Source: Bryobacterales bacterium (lineage in GTDB: Bacteria > Acidobacteriota > Terriglobia > Bryobacterales > UBA6623). Taken from it: a stretch of DNA of 64,000 bases. Positions 12,193-22,629 of this stretch are shown piece after piece. Within the stretch, counting starts at the first letter, position 1. Every line of letters starts with the position of its first letter. The notes beneath the pieces are model-generated. The model was not told the origin of the DNA. It searched no databases and worked only from the letters and a program-made list of their open reading frames with translations. The stretch lies in contig CBDCHL010000005.1 of assembly GCA_965217195.1 (NCBI GenBank), positions 180,118 through 244,117 on the forward strand, written 5' to 3'. Both the position numbers and the translations under genes were made by a program.

Positions 12193-12581
12193 TAAAGGTA
12201 TGTCCGAAAGTGGCGGTTCGCCAGATCACCCGCCAGGGCACGCCCGCTTTCTTCAAAGCCGGGTTGATATGGTTCTTCGTCAGGTCCTCCCACTCTTGGA
12301 CCATGTCGGGTTTGATCTGAAGACTGGCGACCCGCAAGAGCTGGGGGCCTTCTTCATGGTGATCAGCCCAGGCCGGGGCGATGATGCCGGCGGTCGCGAT
12401 GATTAGAGCGACGGCCGGCGGAAAAGATCGAAGTTTCATTGTTTCTCCTCTCGAGGAGCGTGAGCCCGTTACTGCCGGCGAAGCTCCCATAAAACGTGGT
12501 TACGTGTCGCCACACTACCAGCGGGTTCCGACTGTGTCAACCGGAAGACATCGAGTTGAAGCCGGCTCGTGCGTTAAGCGG

Positions 12582-12724
12582 CGACGTGGCGTGAGCGTCC
12601 ACGCTTGCCGCGAACCGATTCATCGGTTCGTATCCCGGAAATTCGCGAGACCTCGCAAGGCGGCGATCCACGACCCGTCCCGACGACTCGGGGCGCGGCA
12701 AGGCTGGACCCTCACGCCACGTTG
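12582..12724. repeat. Inverted pair of GTGG-foot REP elements (REPIN/BIME-like)
   Basis: acgtggcgtgagcgtcca-cgcttgccgcg ... cgcggcaaggctggaccctcacgccacgt, each arm with a second small hairpin. Confidence 0.6.
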
Positions 12725-12930
12725 GGGGTGTCGGCGCCGAATAGATGCCGGGGCCATTTTCGGAGGAACCACCGATTTTCGCCGCTAACCAGCGTTGGAA
12801 GCAGAGTGGTTCGACCGGCGAAAACCGACCGGCGGGCCCCTTTTCGGCCGAACACCTTCGGCACAGGCGGTCGGCCCGGCTCAAGCCTCATTTGTTACGA
12901 TGGCAAGCAGTAACGGGGAGGGATTTCGCG

Positions 12931-15393
12931 ATGCGCTTCGTTCACCTCGCAACCACCGTTTTCGCCCTCGGCGTTCTCTGTAACGCCGGCCTCCTGTCAG
13001 CCGCCGCGCCGCTGCTTGAGCGGCTCGAACCGCGCGGCGGACAAGCCGGCACCGCAGTGAAATTGACCCTGGTCGGAGAGGGGCTCGACAGCGAAGTCCG
13101 CCTGGACTCGGCAATCCCGGGCGCGCTCACTGCTCTGGCGCCGCCAAAGAAGGCGGCTCGCGTCGGCAAGGAAGTTTCCTTCATTCTCGAAATCAGCCCC
13201 GATGCCCTGGTCGGCCCCTACACGCTGCGAGCGAGTTCGCGCGATGGAATGTCGAACATTCTGCTCTTTACCGTCGGCGCGTTCCCGGAAACCGAGGATC
13301 GAGAACTCAACGCTCGCGGACGGTTGGCGGGCGAACCGTTGAATGACTCATTGAGCATGGCGCAGCCGGTGGAAGCACCTGTCACCATCAACGGGACGCT
13401 GACCGTCGCCGACCGAGACTTCTTCCGCTTTCATGCCGCGAAGGGAGAGGATCTCATCATAGAAGCAGAAGCTCGTCGCATCGGTTCCGCCGTCGACCCC
13501 GCGATTGAACTCTTCGACACTTCCGGCAACCGAATCGGCCGCAATCAAGACGCCCCCGGAATAGGCGTCGATTCTCGCCTGGCATTCACCGCTCCGGCCG
13601 ACGGCGATTACATCGTCGCCCTCCGCGACTCGAAGTTCAGCAAGCAGACGCAAAACTATTACCGACTAAAAATCGCGAACTACAGCTACGCCGAAAGCCT
13701 CTTTCCTCTCGGCGGTCGTCGCGGCGAAACGCTGGAAGTGGAGATGTTCGGCGGCAACCTCGACAAGCCCGTCAAGACCCAAGTCGATTTGACGACCAAA
13801 GACCCCGCCGCCGAGTTCGTGGATGTTCGGCTACCGGGCGCCCCGGGCGCCCTGCCCATGCGGGTCGCCGTCAGCGACGACCCGGAAGCCGACGAGCCGA
13901 CGGGTGCCGAGGTCAAAGAATTGAAACCGGGCACTCTTACCAACGGCCGTATCGCCAAGGCGGGCGAGGCGGACCGCTACCGCTTCGCCGTCGAGTCCGG
14001 CCAAAAATGGCACATCGAATTGCAGGCCGCCAAGCTTGGCACGTCGCAGCTCTATGGAGTGCTAAACCTCTTCGATGGCAAGGGAGAGAGACTCGGCACG
14101 ACTCGCGAGATCGGTCTTCGCTTCAAGCTCTCCAACCTCGACGTCGGCGAGGATCCCAATGCCGACCAGCACATGTCGTTCGAGGTTCCCGACGACGTCA
14201 ACGAGATTCAAGTTGAAATCGAAGACCTGCTCGGCCGCGGCGGTGACGCCTTTGGCTACCGCATACTGGCCGCGGAGCGCCCGGGCGATTTCACCATGAC
14301 GATTCAAGCCGAGCAGCTCAACGTGCCACTGCGCGGCAGCGCCTTCGTCGCCATCCTGATCAACCGATTGAATTACTACGGCCCCATTGAATTGTCGATT
14401 CCCAACCTCCCGGACGATTGGACCATGAACGGCGGGAACATCCCGGCGCTGGAGCAGCAGGGCGCGCGGCGCACCATTTCAACCGGCATATTGACCGTAA
14501 CCCCTAAGCCGGGCGCCGAAACCCGCTCAGTCAACCTCGAGATCTGGGGCGAGGGCGAAGTCGACGGCGAAGCCATTCGCCGCAGGGCCCGCGGCCCGGG
14601 CATGAAATCGAATGTGAGCTTTCGCGTCGGCGAGGTCACTTCGAACGAGAATGTCGCCCCCTGGTTGGGCGCGGACTTACCCGCCGTGGTGACCGCAGAG
14701 CGGGCCGCCGGCATAGAGTTCAACGCGCCGCACTACATCAAGATCATGCAGGCCACAAAGGCGGAGATCCCTTTCGAGTTCACGGCTCGACAGGAAGACG
14801 TTGCCAGAACCGACAAGCCGGATCGGACCAACCTGATCCTTACATCCGGCGTGCGAGTCACGCGAAGGCTGGTTGTGGATGAAGACAATCCCAACAAGGG
14901 CGTCTTTATCTTGGGAGGACAGGTCGGCTGGGGCCCGGGCCTATTCGAGGTCGTCTTACCCGCGAAAATCAAAGTCGACGGCCGTGAAGAGACCGTCTAC
15001 GCGCAAGCCATTACGATCGATGTTGTGCGGCCTTATGAGATCGAGCCCCTCACGGAAATCACTGCTCTCGAACCGGGCTCGGAAACGACGCTGGCGGTAC
15101 GGCTCAACCGACAACTAGGGTTTGACCGCGAAGTCGAAATCAAAGCCGAGAACCTGCCCCTGGGTATCTCGTGTGAAAGCGCGAAGATTCCGGGCTCAGC
15201 GGACGAATTTCAACTCCCCTGCAAGGTCGAATCCTCGGCTGAAGCAGGCGAGTACGAGATCGATCTAACCACCTCTTCCACAGTGATCGGAGGAGAAGAT
15301 AAGATCATTCCTTTCAGTCCGCCACCTTTCAAAGTAAAGGTGAAGATTGCAACCGGGAGCCACCAACCCGAGCAAGTCGCCGACGGGCTCTAG
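12931..15393 (+). CDS. Exported PPC (pre-peptidase C-terminal) domain protein, Planctomycete-type
   Basis: Signal peptide; PRGGQAGT, DRDFFRFHA.KGE, RRIGSAVDP, DSRLAFTAPADGDY, GEADRYRF. Confidence 0.8.
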   Translation: MRFVHLATTVFALGVLCNAGLLSAAAPLLERLEPRGGQAGTAVKLTLVGEGLDSEVRLDSAIPGALTALAPPKKAARVGKEVSFILEISPDALVGPYTLRASSRDGMSNILLFTVGAFPETEDRELNARGRLAGEPLNDSLSMAQPVEAPVTINGTLTVADRDFFRFHAAKGEDLIIEAEARRIGSAVDPAIELFDTSGNRIGRNQDAPGIGVDSRLAFTAPADGDYIVALRDSKFSKQTQNYYRLKIANYSYAESLFPLGGRRGETLEVEMFGGNLDKPVKTQVDLTTKDPAAEFVDVRLPGAPGALPMRVAVSDDPEADEPTGAEVKELKPGTLTNGRIAKAGEADRYRFAVESGQKWHIELQAAKLGTSQLYGVLNLFDGKGERLGTTREIGLRFKLSNLDVGEDPNADQHMSFEVPDDVNEIQVEIEDLLGRGGDAFGYRILAAERPGDFTMTIQAEQLNVPLRGSAFVAILINRLNYYGPIELSIPNLPDDWTMNGGNIPALEQQGARRTISTGILTVTPKPGAETRSVNLEIWGEGEVDGEAIRRRARGPGMKSNVSFRVGEVTSNENVAPWLGADLPAVVTAERAAGIEFNAPHYIKIMQATKAEIPFEFTARQEDVARTDKPDRTNLILTSGVRVTRRLVVDEDNPNKGVFILGGQVGWGPGLFEVVLPAKIKVDGREETVYAQAITIDVVRPYEIEPLTEITALEPGSETTLAVRLNRQLGFDREVEIKAENLPLGISCESAKIPGSADEFQLPCKVESSAEAGEYEIDLTTSSTVIGGEDKIIPFSPPPFKVKVKIATGSHQPEQVADGL

Positions 15394-15725
15394 ACCTAGT
15401 CCGCTCGGCCTCTTCCTGCGTAGCGCACGGCCAGAGGGCCCTGCGGCTTTTGCAATCACGCACGACGCCCAAAAAGGGCGGGTACCGTTCATTCTGCTCG
15501 CCCTGGCCCAAGCTACGCCCAACCCGACGACAAGCCCGGTTTCACCGACGATTCACCGCTGCAATGGGCCGGACCTTTGTCTGCCGGTGAGGGTACCTCA
15601 CAATCCTCAAACCAGGCCGCTTCAGCGACCTTCCACCCCGCGCTTCTGCAACTCGACCGTAACCCCGCCAAAATCCCCCGCGTTAAGATAAATGGGGCCT
15701 GCGGGAACTCCCTGCGGGCCATGCC

Positions 15726-16520
15726 ATGCGCTTTATCGCGGCCATACTTGCCCTGATCGTCGCACCAATCCTTGTCGCGCAAAAAATCAATCTCTACCTC
15801 AAGGATGGCGGAGACATCACCGTCAAGAAGTATGAGGTCGTCGACCAACGGGTCCGCTACTACAGCATCGAGCGCAGCTCCTGGGAAGAGATTCCCCTCC
15901 AATACGTCGATCTCGAAAAGACGGAACGCGAGCAGAATCGCAAACAGGCAGCCCGCGGAGTCCGTGCCGAGGAGGACCGGGTAGAACGGATCGCTCGCCG
16001 TAAGGCACGAACGGAGCTGCATCGTGTGCCGCTCGATGACGGCGTGTACTACCTGCGGGGCGAAGCGGTCGAGCCGCTCCAGCAAGCCGAAGTTATCGTA
16101 GTCGTCAATAAGAAGCGGAGCTTCCTGCAAGTGCTGGCCCCGATGTTTCTAGGCAAGTCGACGCTGGAAGTCGACGGAACCGCGGCGAAATTCACGACAC
16201 ACGGCGACAAGCCGATGTTGTACGTGCGGCTGGAGAAGATCGAACGGCTGATGCTCGTCCGACTCACAGGGAAGAAAGATAAGAGTCGGATTGTTCAACA
16301 CATCTTGAAAGCTCCCAAAGGCTCCGAAATGCTTGAGGAGCAGGAGGAGGTCGAGATTTTCCGGCAGCAGCTTGCTCCGCAGGTCTATAAGTTATGGCCT
16401 GTTGCGCCAATCGGCCCGGGAGAATACGCCGTGATTGAGTTCACGCGCGGCAAGAATGACTTGCGAGTGTGGGACTTCGGTCTACAACCGACCCCGCGGG
16501 GAGCCCCGTCCGGGTCGTAG
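15726..16520 (+). CDS. Hypothetical exported protein, first gene of export operon
   Basis: Signal peptide MRFIAAILALIVAPILVAQ, LYLKDG motif; 2 bp gap to next gene. Confidence 0.75.
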   Translation: MRFIAAILALIVAPILVAQKINLYLKDGGDITVKKYEVVDQRVRYYSIERSSWEEIPLQYVDLEKTEREQNRKQAARGVRAEEDRVERIARRKARTELHRVPLDDGVYYLRGEAVEPLQQAEVIVVVNKKRSFLQVLAPMFLGKSTLEVDGTAAKFTTHGDKPMLYVRLEKIERLMLVRLTGKKDKSRIVQHILKAPKGSEMLEEQEEVEIFRQQLAPQVYKLWPVAPIGPGEYAVIEFTRGKNDLRVWDFGLQPTPRGAPSGS

Positions 16521-16522
16521 CA

Positions 16523-17746
16523 ATGTCCGACGCGTCAGTTCGAGCCCCGCGTTTCAAGGCCGAGGTCGCCGCGCTCACCCTAGCCGTCGGCATTTCCCTC
16601 GGCTGTACCGAAGACCTCGCAATCCGCTCCGTCGTTGTTCAGCGCGAAGACCTCGCTCAGTATTTGACAACTAACGGACGCATCGAGCCGATTGACGATT
16701 CTGGGATTACCACACCAGTCGGCGGGAGGGTGACATCGACCCCGATCGCAAAGGGATCTCGCGTTTCCCAGGGCGCTGTCGTTGCCACAATCGAAGATAA
16801 AGATGCCCGATCCGAGCTGGAGCAGGCGAAAGCGCGTCTGGCCGCTGCCGAAGCCGAATTGGCCAAAGCCGAGATGGGCGGCGCCGCCTCGGAGACCGAG
16901 GACATCAAAACCCGCCTCGAAACCGCGCGTCGCGCCGAAACCCGCGCACTGGAAAGGGTCGCTTCGCTGGAACGTTTGGTTGGCAAACAGGCTGCACCCC
17001 GTATCGAGCTTGAGCTGGCGCAAGCCGAGCTATCGGAGCACCAGGCCGACAGGGAAGCTGTCGAAAGGCAGTGGGATCTGCGGGCGGATCCTCAGGAGCG
17101 GAAGCTGGCCGCCGCCCGTGTTTCCGAAGCCGCGGCCGCGACCCGTGCGGCCGAGCGCCGGTTACAGGCATCCCAGGTGCGGTCGCCGGCGCCCGGCGTC
17201 CTCTACGCGCTTACTGTTCGACCTGGAGACTACGTCGAGCGCGGCGCCGTGATCGCGCGAGTGGGTAAACTCGACCGCGTCCGGGTGGTTGTGTTCGTCG
17301 ACGAACCTGAACTGGGCCGCGTAAAGCAAGGCGCAACCGTCGTACTCGAAGCGGACGCTTACCCCAGCCGTCGTTGGGAAGGCCGCGTGGACAGGCTGCC
17401 GACCCGGATCGTCTCACTCGATACGCGCCGAGTGGGCGAAGTGCTCTGTACGGTGGAAAACTCCGCGGGTCGTCTGATTCCCGATCTCACCGTAAGCGCT
17501 CGGATTGAGACCGGCCGGGTCAAGAACTCCCTCACGGTGCCTCGTGAGGCCCTGGCTCAAGAGGGCGGGGCTGTCTATCTGTGGCTGCTCGACGACTCCC
17601 GGACCGCGCGTAAACAACCCGTCGAGTTGGGACTGCGAACCGCATCGCGAGTTGAGGTGCGATCCGGCGTCTCGGACGGGGCCGAGGTCCTGCTGCCGGG
17701 CGGCGTGGAATTGCAGCCCGGGCAAAGAGTCCGCGCCGGGCTGTAA
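16523..17746 (+). CDS. Efflux periplasmic adaptor (MacA/HlyD-like) lipoprotein
   Basis: Lipobox-like ISLGC, lipoyl halves (GGRVT...KGSRVSQG; RSPAPGVL..VRPGDYV), coiled coil, LTVPREAL. Confidence 0.9.
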   Translation: MSDASVRAPRFKAEVAALTLAVGISLGCTEDLAIRSVVVQREDLAQYLTTNGRIEPIDDSGITTPVGGRVTSTPIAKGSRVSQGAVVATIEDKDARSELEQAKARLAAAEAELAKAEMGGAASETEDIKTRLETARRAETRALERVASLERLVGKQAAPRIELELAQAELSEHQADREAVERQWDLRADPQERKLAAARVSEAAAATRAAERRLQASQVRSPAPGVLYALTVRPGDYVERGAVIARVGKLDRVRVVVFVDEPELGRVKQGATVVLEADAYPSRRWEGRVDRLPTRIVSLDTRRVGEVLCTVENSAGRLIPDLTVSARIETGRVKNSLTVPREALAQEGGAVYLWLLDDSRTARKQPVELGLRTASRVEVRSGVSDGAEVLLPGGVELQPGQRVRAGL

Positions 17747-17779
17747 CCGGCCAGCCCCGAATGAGATATTCCGTCTCCC

Positions 17780-18574
17780 ATGAGTGATGGCATGCGAACT
17801 TGGTCGGCCACTCTTGGACTCTCGCTTCTTGCGGTCGCGCTAACCGCTCTTGCACCATCCCACGCTCCGGACGACGTTTTCCAACAGGGCCTTCGTTTCT
17901 ACCAGGACGAAGACTATAGGAAAGCCATCAAGGCCTTCGAAAGCGTAACCGCCGCCCATCCGAACCATTCGGAATATCGCCGTTGGCTTGGCCGGGCGTA
18001 CGGCCGCCGAGCCGAGACCATGAGCAAATGGAAGTTGTTTTCCGCGCTGGGATTGGCAAGGAAGACCCGGCAGTCCTTCGAACGCGCCGTCCAACTTGAC
18101 CCTTCCAATCTAAAAGCATTGCAGGACCTCTTCGAGTTTTATCTCCAGGCACCCGGGATGATCGGCGGTGGGCTGGATCGCGCCGGAGGGGTCGCCGACA
18201 AGATCAAAGCACTTGAGGAAGCCGCCGGCGAACGTGCCTGGGCCGCGATTGACGAGAAACGCGACAACCACGCCAAGGCCGAAGCGAGATTGCGGCGAGC
18301 GCGCCTAGTCGCACCTGACGACCTCGAAAGCCTGCTGGCGTTGGCGGCATTTCAAAGTCGCCGAGGGGCGACGGCCGAAGGCGATCAACTCTACGAGCGC
18401 GCGTTTGAGCAACACCCGGAGTCGCCCGAGGTGTGGTTTTCAAGAGCTAAGGCCCTATTGCGCTCCGGCCGAAGAAAGGCGGAAGCCCATTCGCTGCTCA
18501 AGCGCTACCTCGCGGCCGAACTTGATCCCGACGCCTCACCTCGATGGGAAGCACGCAAACTGCTCAATCCCTAA
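17780..18574 (+). CDS. Exported TPR protein
   Basis: Signal peptide; WLGRAYGRRAE, FERAVQLDPSN, EFYLQAPG.IGGG. Confidence 0.85.
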   Translation: MSDGMRTWSATLGLSLLAVALTALAPSHAPDDVFQQGLRFYQDEDYRKAIKAFESVTAAHPNHSEYRRWLGRAYGRRAETMSKWKLFSALGLARKTRQSFERAVQLDPSNLKALQDLFEFYLQAPGMIGGGLDRAGGVADKIKALEEAAGERAWAAIDEKRDNHAKAEARLRRARLVAPDDLESLLALAAFQSRRGATAEGDQLYERAFEQHPESPEVWFSRAKALLRSGRRKAEAHSLLKRYLAAELDPDASPRWEARKLLNP

Positions 18575-19822
18575 TTGCTCCAAGTGACATCCTCTCCAAA
18601 AGAAACGGCATCGGGCGCGCGATTCTTTCGGGACGCGGTTAGGTTTGCCGTCGCTTCGATTCGCGCGCACAGGACGCGGAGCCTGCTTACGGCGTTGAGC
18701 ATGGTCGTTGCCAATGCCTCCGTCATTCTTGTGGTTAGCACAGCGCTGACGGGCCGCGATTTCGTAGTGAAACAGATCCAAGGCGTCGGGTCGAACTTGG
18801 TCTACGCCTATTACGAAGCAGGCGGGAATGTCTCCGAGTCGGAAGCCGACTACATCACCCGAGCCGACGTCGAGGCCGTACGCCGGCAGCTAGGCCCGCG
18901 CGCTCAAGCCGTGGCCGGCGTGATGGGGAGTTGGGACCGCCTTTTCATCGACGGCCGCGAGCGGCAGATTCGCGTGCTTGGCTCAAGCGCGGAATACGAG
19001 GCCGTACGCAACCTGAAAATCCCGGCCGGGAGATTCTTCGACGCCGACGATGTAGCAAGGCGGGCAAAGGTTTGCTTGCTCACTGAACCGTTGGCCGAGA
19101 AACTCTTCAACTCTTCGCGAGCCGCCGTCGGTCAATCGATTCCCATCCACGCATTGCGCTTTACCGTGATCGGAGTTTTCCGGGAAGGAGTCGAAACGTT
19201 GGGGCAGACCGAAGTCGCCGCCGACTCGGTCTTGATGCCTATCAGTGTGATCGAGTATTTCCAATCGGTGGAACGGATCGACCCGCTGTATGTCTCGGTT
19301 CGTTCGGCGGACGAGGTTGAAGAAGTGACGGCATTGGTCAAAAGCGTCCTCGTCTCTCGGCACCGCCCTGGCTCAAGCTATCGCGTGGAAAACCTCACAG
19401 CCATTCTCACGGCCGCCCAAGAGATTTCGCGGGCGCTCACCGCGGTTTTAGTTCTCGTCGCGGCGCTGACATTGATCATCAGCGGCATTTTCATAATGAA
19501 CATCATGTTGATCTCGGTCGCCGAGCGGACCAAGGAAATCGGCATTCGCTTGTCGGTTGGCGCGGAACGCCGCCAGGTCAAGGCGCAATTCTTAATGGAA
19601 GCCGTGTGCCTGAGCATGATGGGGGGATTAGTCGGCGTGGCGGCGGGAGTGGCGGTTCCTCTAGTGGTGCGCGTTCTGTTGCCCGAATTGACAATTCGGA
19701 TCGCCCCACTTTCTATTGCCGCGGCCCTCGCGGTTTCGTGTGCAGTAGGTGTTGTCTTCGGTTTGTTGCCCGCATCTCGCGCGGCAAAGTTAGACCCAGT
19801 CGAGGCTCTTCGTTATGAGTAG
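18575..19822 (+). CDS. MacB/FtsX-type ABC transporter permease
   Basis: RSLLTALSMVV, GRFF, IMNIMLISVAERTKEIGIRLSVGA, PASRAAKLDPVEALRYE. Confidence 0.93.
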   Translation: MLQVTSSPKETASGARFFRDAVRFAVASIRAHRTRSLLTALSMVVANASVILVVSTALTGRDFVVKQIQGVGSNLVYAYYEAGGNVSESEADYITRADVEAVRRQLGPRAQAVAGVMGSWDRLFIDGRERQIRVLGSSAEYEAVRNLKIPAGRFFDADDVARRAKVCLLTEPLAEKLFNSSRAAVGQSIPIHALRFTVIGVFREGVETLGQTEVAADSVLMPISVIEYFQSVERIDPLYVSVRSADEVEEVTALVKSVLVSRHRPGSSYRVENLTAILTAAQEISRALTAVLVLVAALTLIISGIFIMNIMLISVAERTKEIGIRLSVGAERRQVKAQFLMEAVCLSMMGGLVGVAAGVAVPLVVRVLLPELTIRIAPLSIAAALAVSCAVGVVFGLLPASRAAKLDPVEALRYE

Positions 19823-21257
19823 AAATCAAATATTCGCACCCGACGTGGCGCACGCCCCGAGGCGTGCCGCGTTGGGCCGCCGGCCCAACGTCTCCTTAGG
19901 CCCCCACGATCTTTCCAAGGGACACAATATCCGGCCCCGCTTGGCATTCAGTCCACTCATCTTCCTTCTCCGCGGCGCGGCGCTTCTCGTCACCGCGCTG
20001 GCTCCCTTCCCCGCCCCGGCCGAGCCACCCCAGCCGATCACCCTGCGCCAGGCGATCGGCATCGCTCTCGAACAAAACCCCGACGTCCTCCTGGCCCGCT
20101 TGAACGCCGAAAAAGCCGGATACGCCGTGCGCGAGGCCCGCGCGCCGTTTTCGCCGCAACTGGTCGTCGGCTCCGGCTTAGCCGCCACCAGCGGGATCCC
20201 TCAAAGCGTGGAAGGAGCCTCGCCCTCGATCGTACGGGCGGTGGGCCGGCAATTCCTCTACAACCGCGAGCAATCGAGCCGCGTCAAACAGGCCCGCGAG
20301 CTTGCGGTGGCCGCCGAGCACGTCGTCGCTTCGCAGCAAGACGAAGTTGCTTTTCGCGTCGCCTCGACCTATCTCGATTTCGAGCGATCGTGGCGGCGCT
20401 CGCGGCTACTGCGCGATCAGGCCGAATCCCTCGCACGTGTTGAACGCGTCGTTGCCGCGCGGGTCGCCGAGGGTCGCGCGATTCCGTTGACGGAGCGCCG
20501 AGCCCGGCTGGATGCCGCAAAGGCCGACCGAGCGCTCGAAACGGAGCAGGCCCAGGCACGAGTCTTTGAGGCCACCCTGAGGCACGAGCTGGGATTGGGC
20601 CGCGACAGTCGGCTCGAACCCGCGCCGAGCGATTTCGTCCAAATCGCCAAGCTGCCGGAGAGTCCCTTGGCGGCACGAAATCTGGCTCTTGACCATAACC
20701 CAGAGTTGAAGAAGCTCGACGCCGACCTCCGCGCCAACGGATACGCACTGCGAGCCGAAAAGGGATCGCTCTTCCCGCGAATCGATCTGGTCGCCCAGTA
20801 TTCCCTATTGGGGCGCTTCAACAACTTCGAAGATTTCTTCAACAAGTTTCAACGTCACAACGGGCAATTCGGAATGTCGGTCCAGGTTCCCGTCTTCGGC
20901 CGCCGACAAGCCGGCGCCCGCGCCGGTAAAGTTCGCGTGGAGGCAAGACGGCTTGGCGTACGGCGCAAAGCGGTCGAATCAGGACTCGACTTGGAAATCA
21001 CCCGGTTATACGAAGATTGGGAACTGGCCAAAAGCTCACAAGCGCTGTCACGCGACGAACTAGACTTCGCGCGCGAGAAGCTCAGCGTTGAACTGGCACG
21101 CTTTGACGAAGGCCTGATCGCCATGGAAGAAATCGAGCGTGCCCGCCTCGAAGAAAGCCGTGCTTGGAGCGCCTACTACGACTCCCAATATGCCGTCCGA
21201 AAGGCCAAACTCAATCTGCTGCGCCAAACCGGGCAGCTGGCGGCGGCGATTAGGTAG
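19815..21257 (+). CDS. TolC family outer membrane efflux protein (true start possibly downstream of the REP at 19840-19894)
   Basis: ITLRQAIGIALEQNPDV, ALDHNPEL, FPRIDL, VQVPVF helical/beta repeats. Confidence 0.88.
   Translation: MSRNQIFAPDVAHAPRRAALGRRPNVSLGPHDLSKGHNIRPRLAFSPLIFLLRGAALLVTALAPFPAPAEPPQPITLRQAIGIALEQNPDVLLARLNAEKAGYAVREARAPFSPQLVVGSGLAATSGIPQSVEGASPSIVRAVGRQFLYNREQSSRVKQARELAVAAEHVVASQQDEVAFRVASTYLDFERSWRRSRLLRDQAESLARVERVVAARVAEGRAIPLTERRARLDAAKADRALETEQAQARVFEATLRHELGLGRDSRLEPAPSDFVQIAKLPESPLAARNLALDHNPELKKLDADLRANGYALRAEKGSLFPRIDLVAQYSLLGRFNNFEDFFNKFQRHNGQFGMSVQVPVFGRRQAGARAGKVRVEARRLGVRRKAVESGLDLEITRLYEDWELAKSSQALSRDELDFAREKLSVELARFDEGLIAMEEIERARLEESRAWSAYYDSQYAVRKAKLNLLRQTGQLAAAIR
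19840..19894 (+). repeat. GTGG-foot REP element
   Basis: ccgacGTGGcgcacgccccgaggcgtgccgcg + hairpin cgttgggcc-gcc-ggcccaacg; same architecture as copies at 41790 and 46630, in reverse orientation. Confidence 0.6.
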
Positions 21258-21429
21258 GGGTATCCCTGGCCTATCCCGTATAGTCGAAAGATCCGCTAGC
21301 TTCATCTTTGAATGTCGTATTCCCGGGACGCCGGCTTTGATCCGAGAAACTTCAGCAATGAGGTCATTCGGAACAGAGCGATCTCCAAGGAACTTATCGT
21401 TTTCTTTGTTCGCGCGTAGAGGCCCCGGA

Positions 21430-22629
21430 TTATTTTCCGGCCCAAGGTGCCCGTCCTGCCAGATGGGATGTTTTCGCCAGGAATGCCCACATATGTCCCC
21501 CATTGGTATAGAGATTATTCCTGAACTCCGGTAAATCCGTGTCACTACTATCGTGCTTGTTGTACCGAGGCCCATCCGGGTACGGGTTGGCCAGTTGCCG
21601 ATCGATCCAGGCGACCGCGTCGGCGATGCTGCCTTTTTGGTCAGGGGACAGCAGGTGATGGCTTCGTGTCAGTGCCAGGGTCACGAAACCGGTCGCATAG
21701 GCATCGGGCCGCACTTCGCGTTTCCGGCAACAATCAGAATCGCTTCCTTCCCAGTTAATGAAGGGGCCGAGATCACGTAAGGCCCAGCCACCGTTATCAT
21801 TTTGCAGGGCCAGCAGCTCGGTAGCCAGTTGCAGGGCAACGCCATTTTCCAAAACTCGGCTACCGGTCTCCGAATCACACCAGAGAACGGCAGCCTTAAC
21901 GTGCAGACTCACTTCGGCATCCGACGAAGCTTTCTTCAATGTTGCGTGCAGCAGTCGGAGATTGTCCCGGGGCGCCAGGTCCGGGAAAATACCGGCCGCG
22001 ACACAGGCAAGCGACGCTCCCCAAAGATCCGAATCAGTAACCTCCCATGGCACCAAGTTCGCTTGAATCCACCGCCATCGGCCGGCCGCCGGACCGGCCT
22101 GGACTTGTTCCGCCCACATGTTTTCAAACGCCCGCCGAGTCTCCGTCTGCGCCGGCTTCCGCAAATAGGCGTCATGCGTTGCCCGGATGAGTGCGTTGAA
22201 AACAGCTTCGACGCCACGTGAATCCGCGGCATTAAGAAAGCCTTTCAGTGCATCCGGAGGAAGATTCGAGAGCGTGGCCGTCTGCTCGAGCTTTTCATCC
22301 GAGTACCATGGTGTGTTGGCGGACCATGCCAAGATGCGATTGTCGACATTCTCGATCAGGTCCTGGTATGCGGGGTACTCATCCACCAACAATGGTTCCA
22401 CCAGGGCATAGGGCAACGAGGTATGACAACTGATACAGGCTTTCCCCTCGCCTGAAATTAGGGCAATCGGATTCCTTGCCCACACGTCCGCGCCATGACG
22501 TGCGTAACGGGAAAAAATCTCCGTCGACGAATCTTCTTCTGCGCTCGTAGTGATCGGTATCCAAACCAGGAGGCTTGCCGCAAGAACATATAGTGACAGT
22601 TTCCCTAAAAGTGAAGATGGATTGAGCAT
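21430..22629 (-). CDS. Exported prenyltransferase/squalene-hopene-cyclase-like protein with CxxCH motif
   Basis: Signal/TM helix, CISCHTSLPYAL, QW-like LLALQNDNGGW, DAYATGFVTLAL. Confidence 0.7.
   Translation of the reverse strand: MLNPSSLLGKLSLYVLAASLLVWIPITTSAEEDSSTEIFSRYARHGADVWARNPIALISGEGKACISCHTSLPYALVEPLLVDEYPAYQDLIENVDNRILAWSANTPWYSDEKLEQTATLSNLPPDALKGFLNAADSRGVEAVFNALIRATHDAYLRKPAQTETRRAFENMWAEQVQAGPAAGRWRWIQANLVPWEVTDSDLWGASLACVAAGIFPDLAPRDNLRLLHATLKKASSDAEVSLHVKAAVLWCDSETGSRVLENGVALQLATELLALQNDNGGWALRDLGPFINWEGSDSDCCRKREVRPDAYATGFVTLALTRSHHLLSPDQKGSIADAVAWIDRQLANPYPDGPRYNKHDSSDTDLPEFRNNLYTNGGHMWAFLAKTSHLAGRAPWAGK

Larger units (their letters stand above)
10574..12439 (-). pseudogene. 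Exported dimeric alpha+beta barrel (NIPSNAP-like) protein interrupted by IS630
   Basis: Removing the IS and one TA rejoins MKLRSF...TATFGHTF-R-YTSITPLK...GLSFGEPW in frame (256 aa). Confidence 0.85.
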
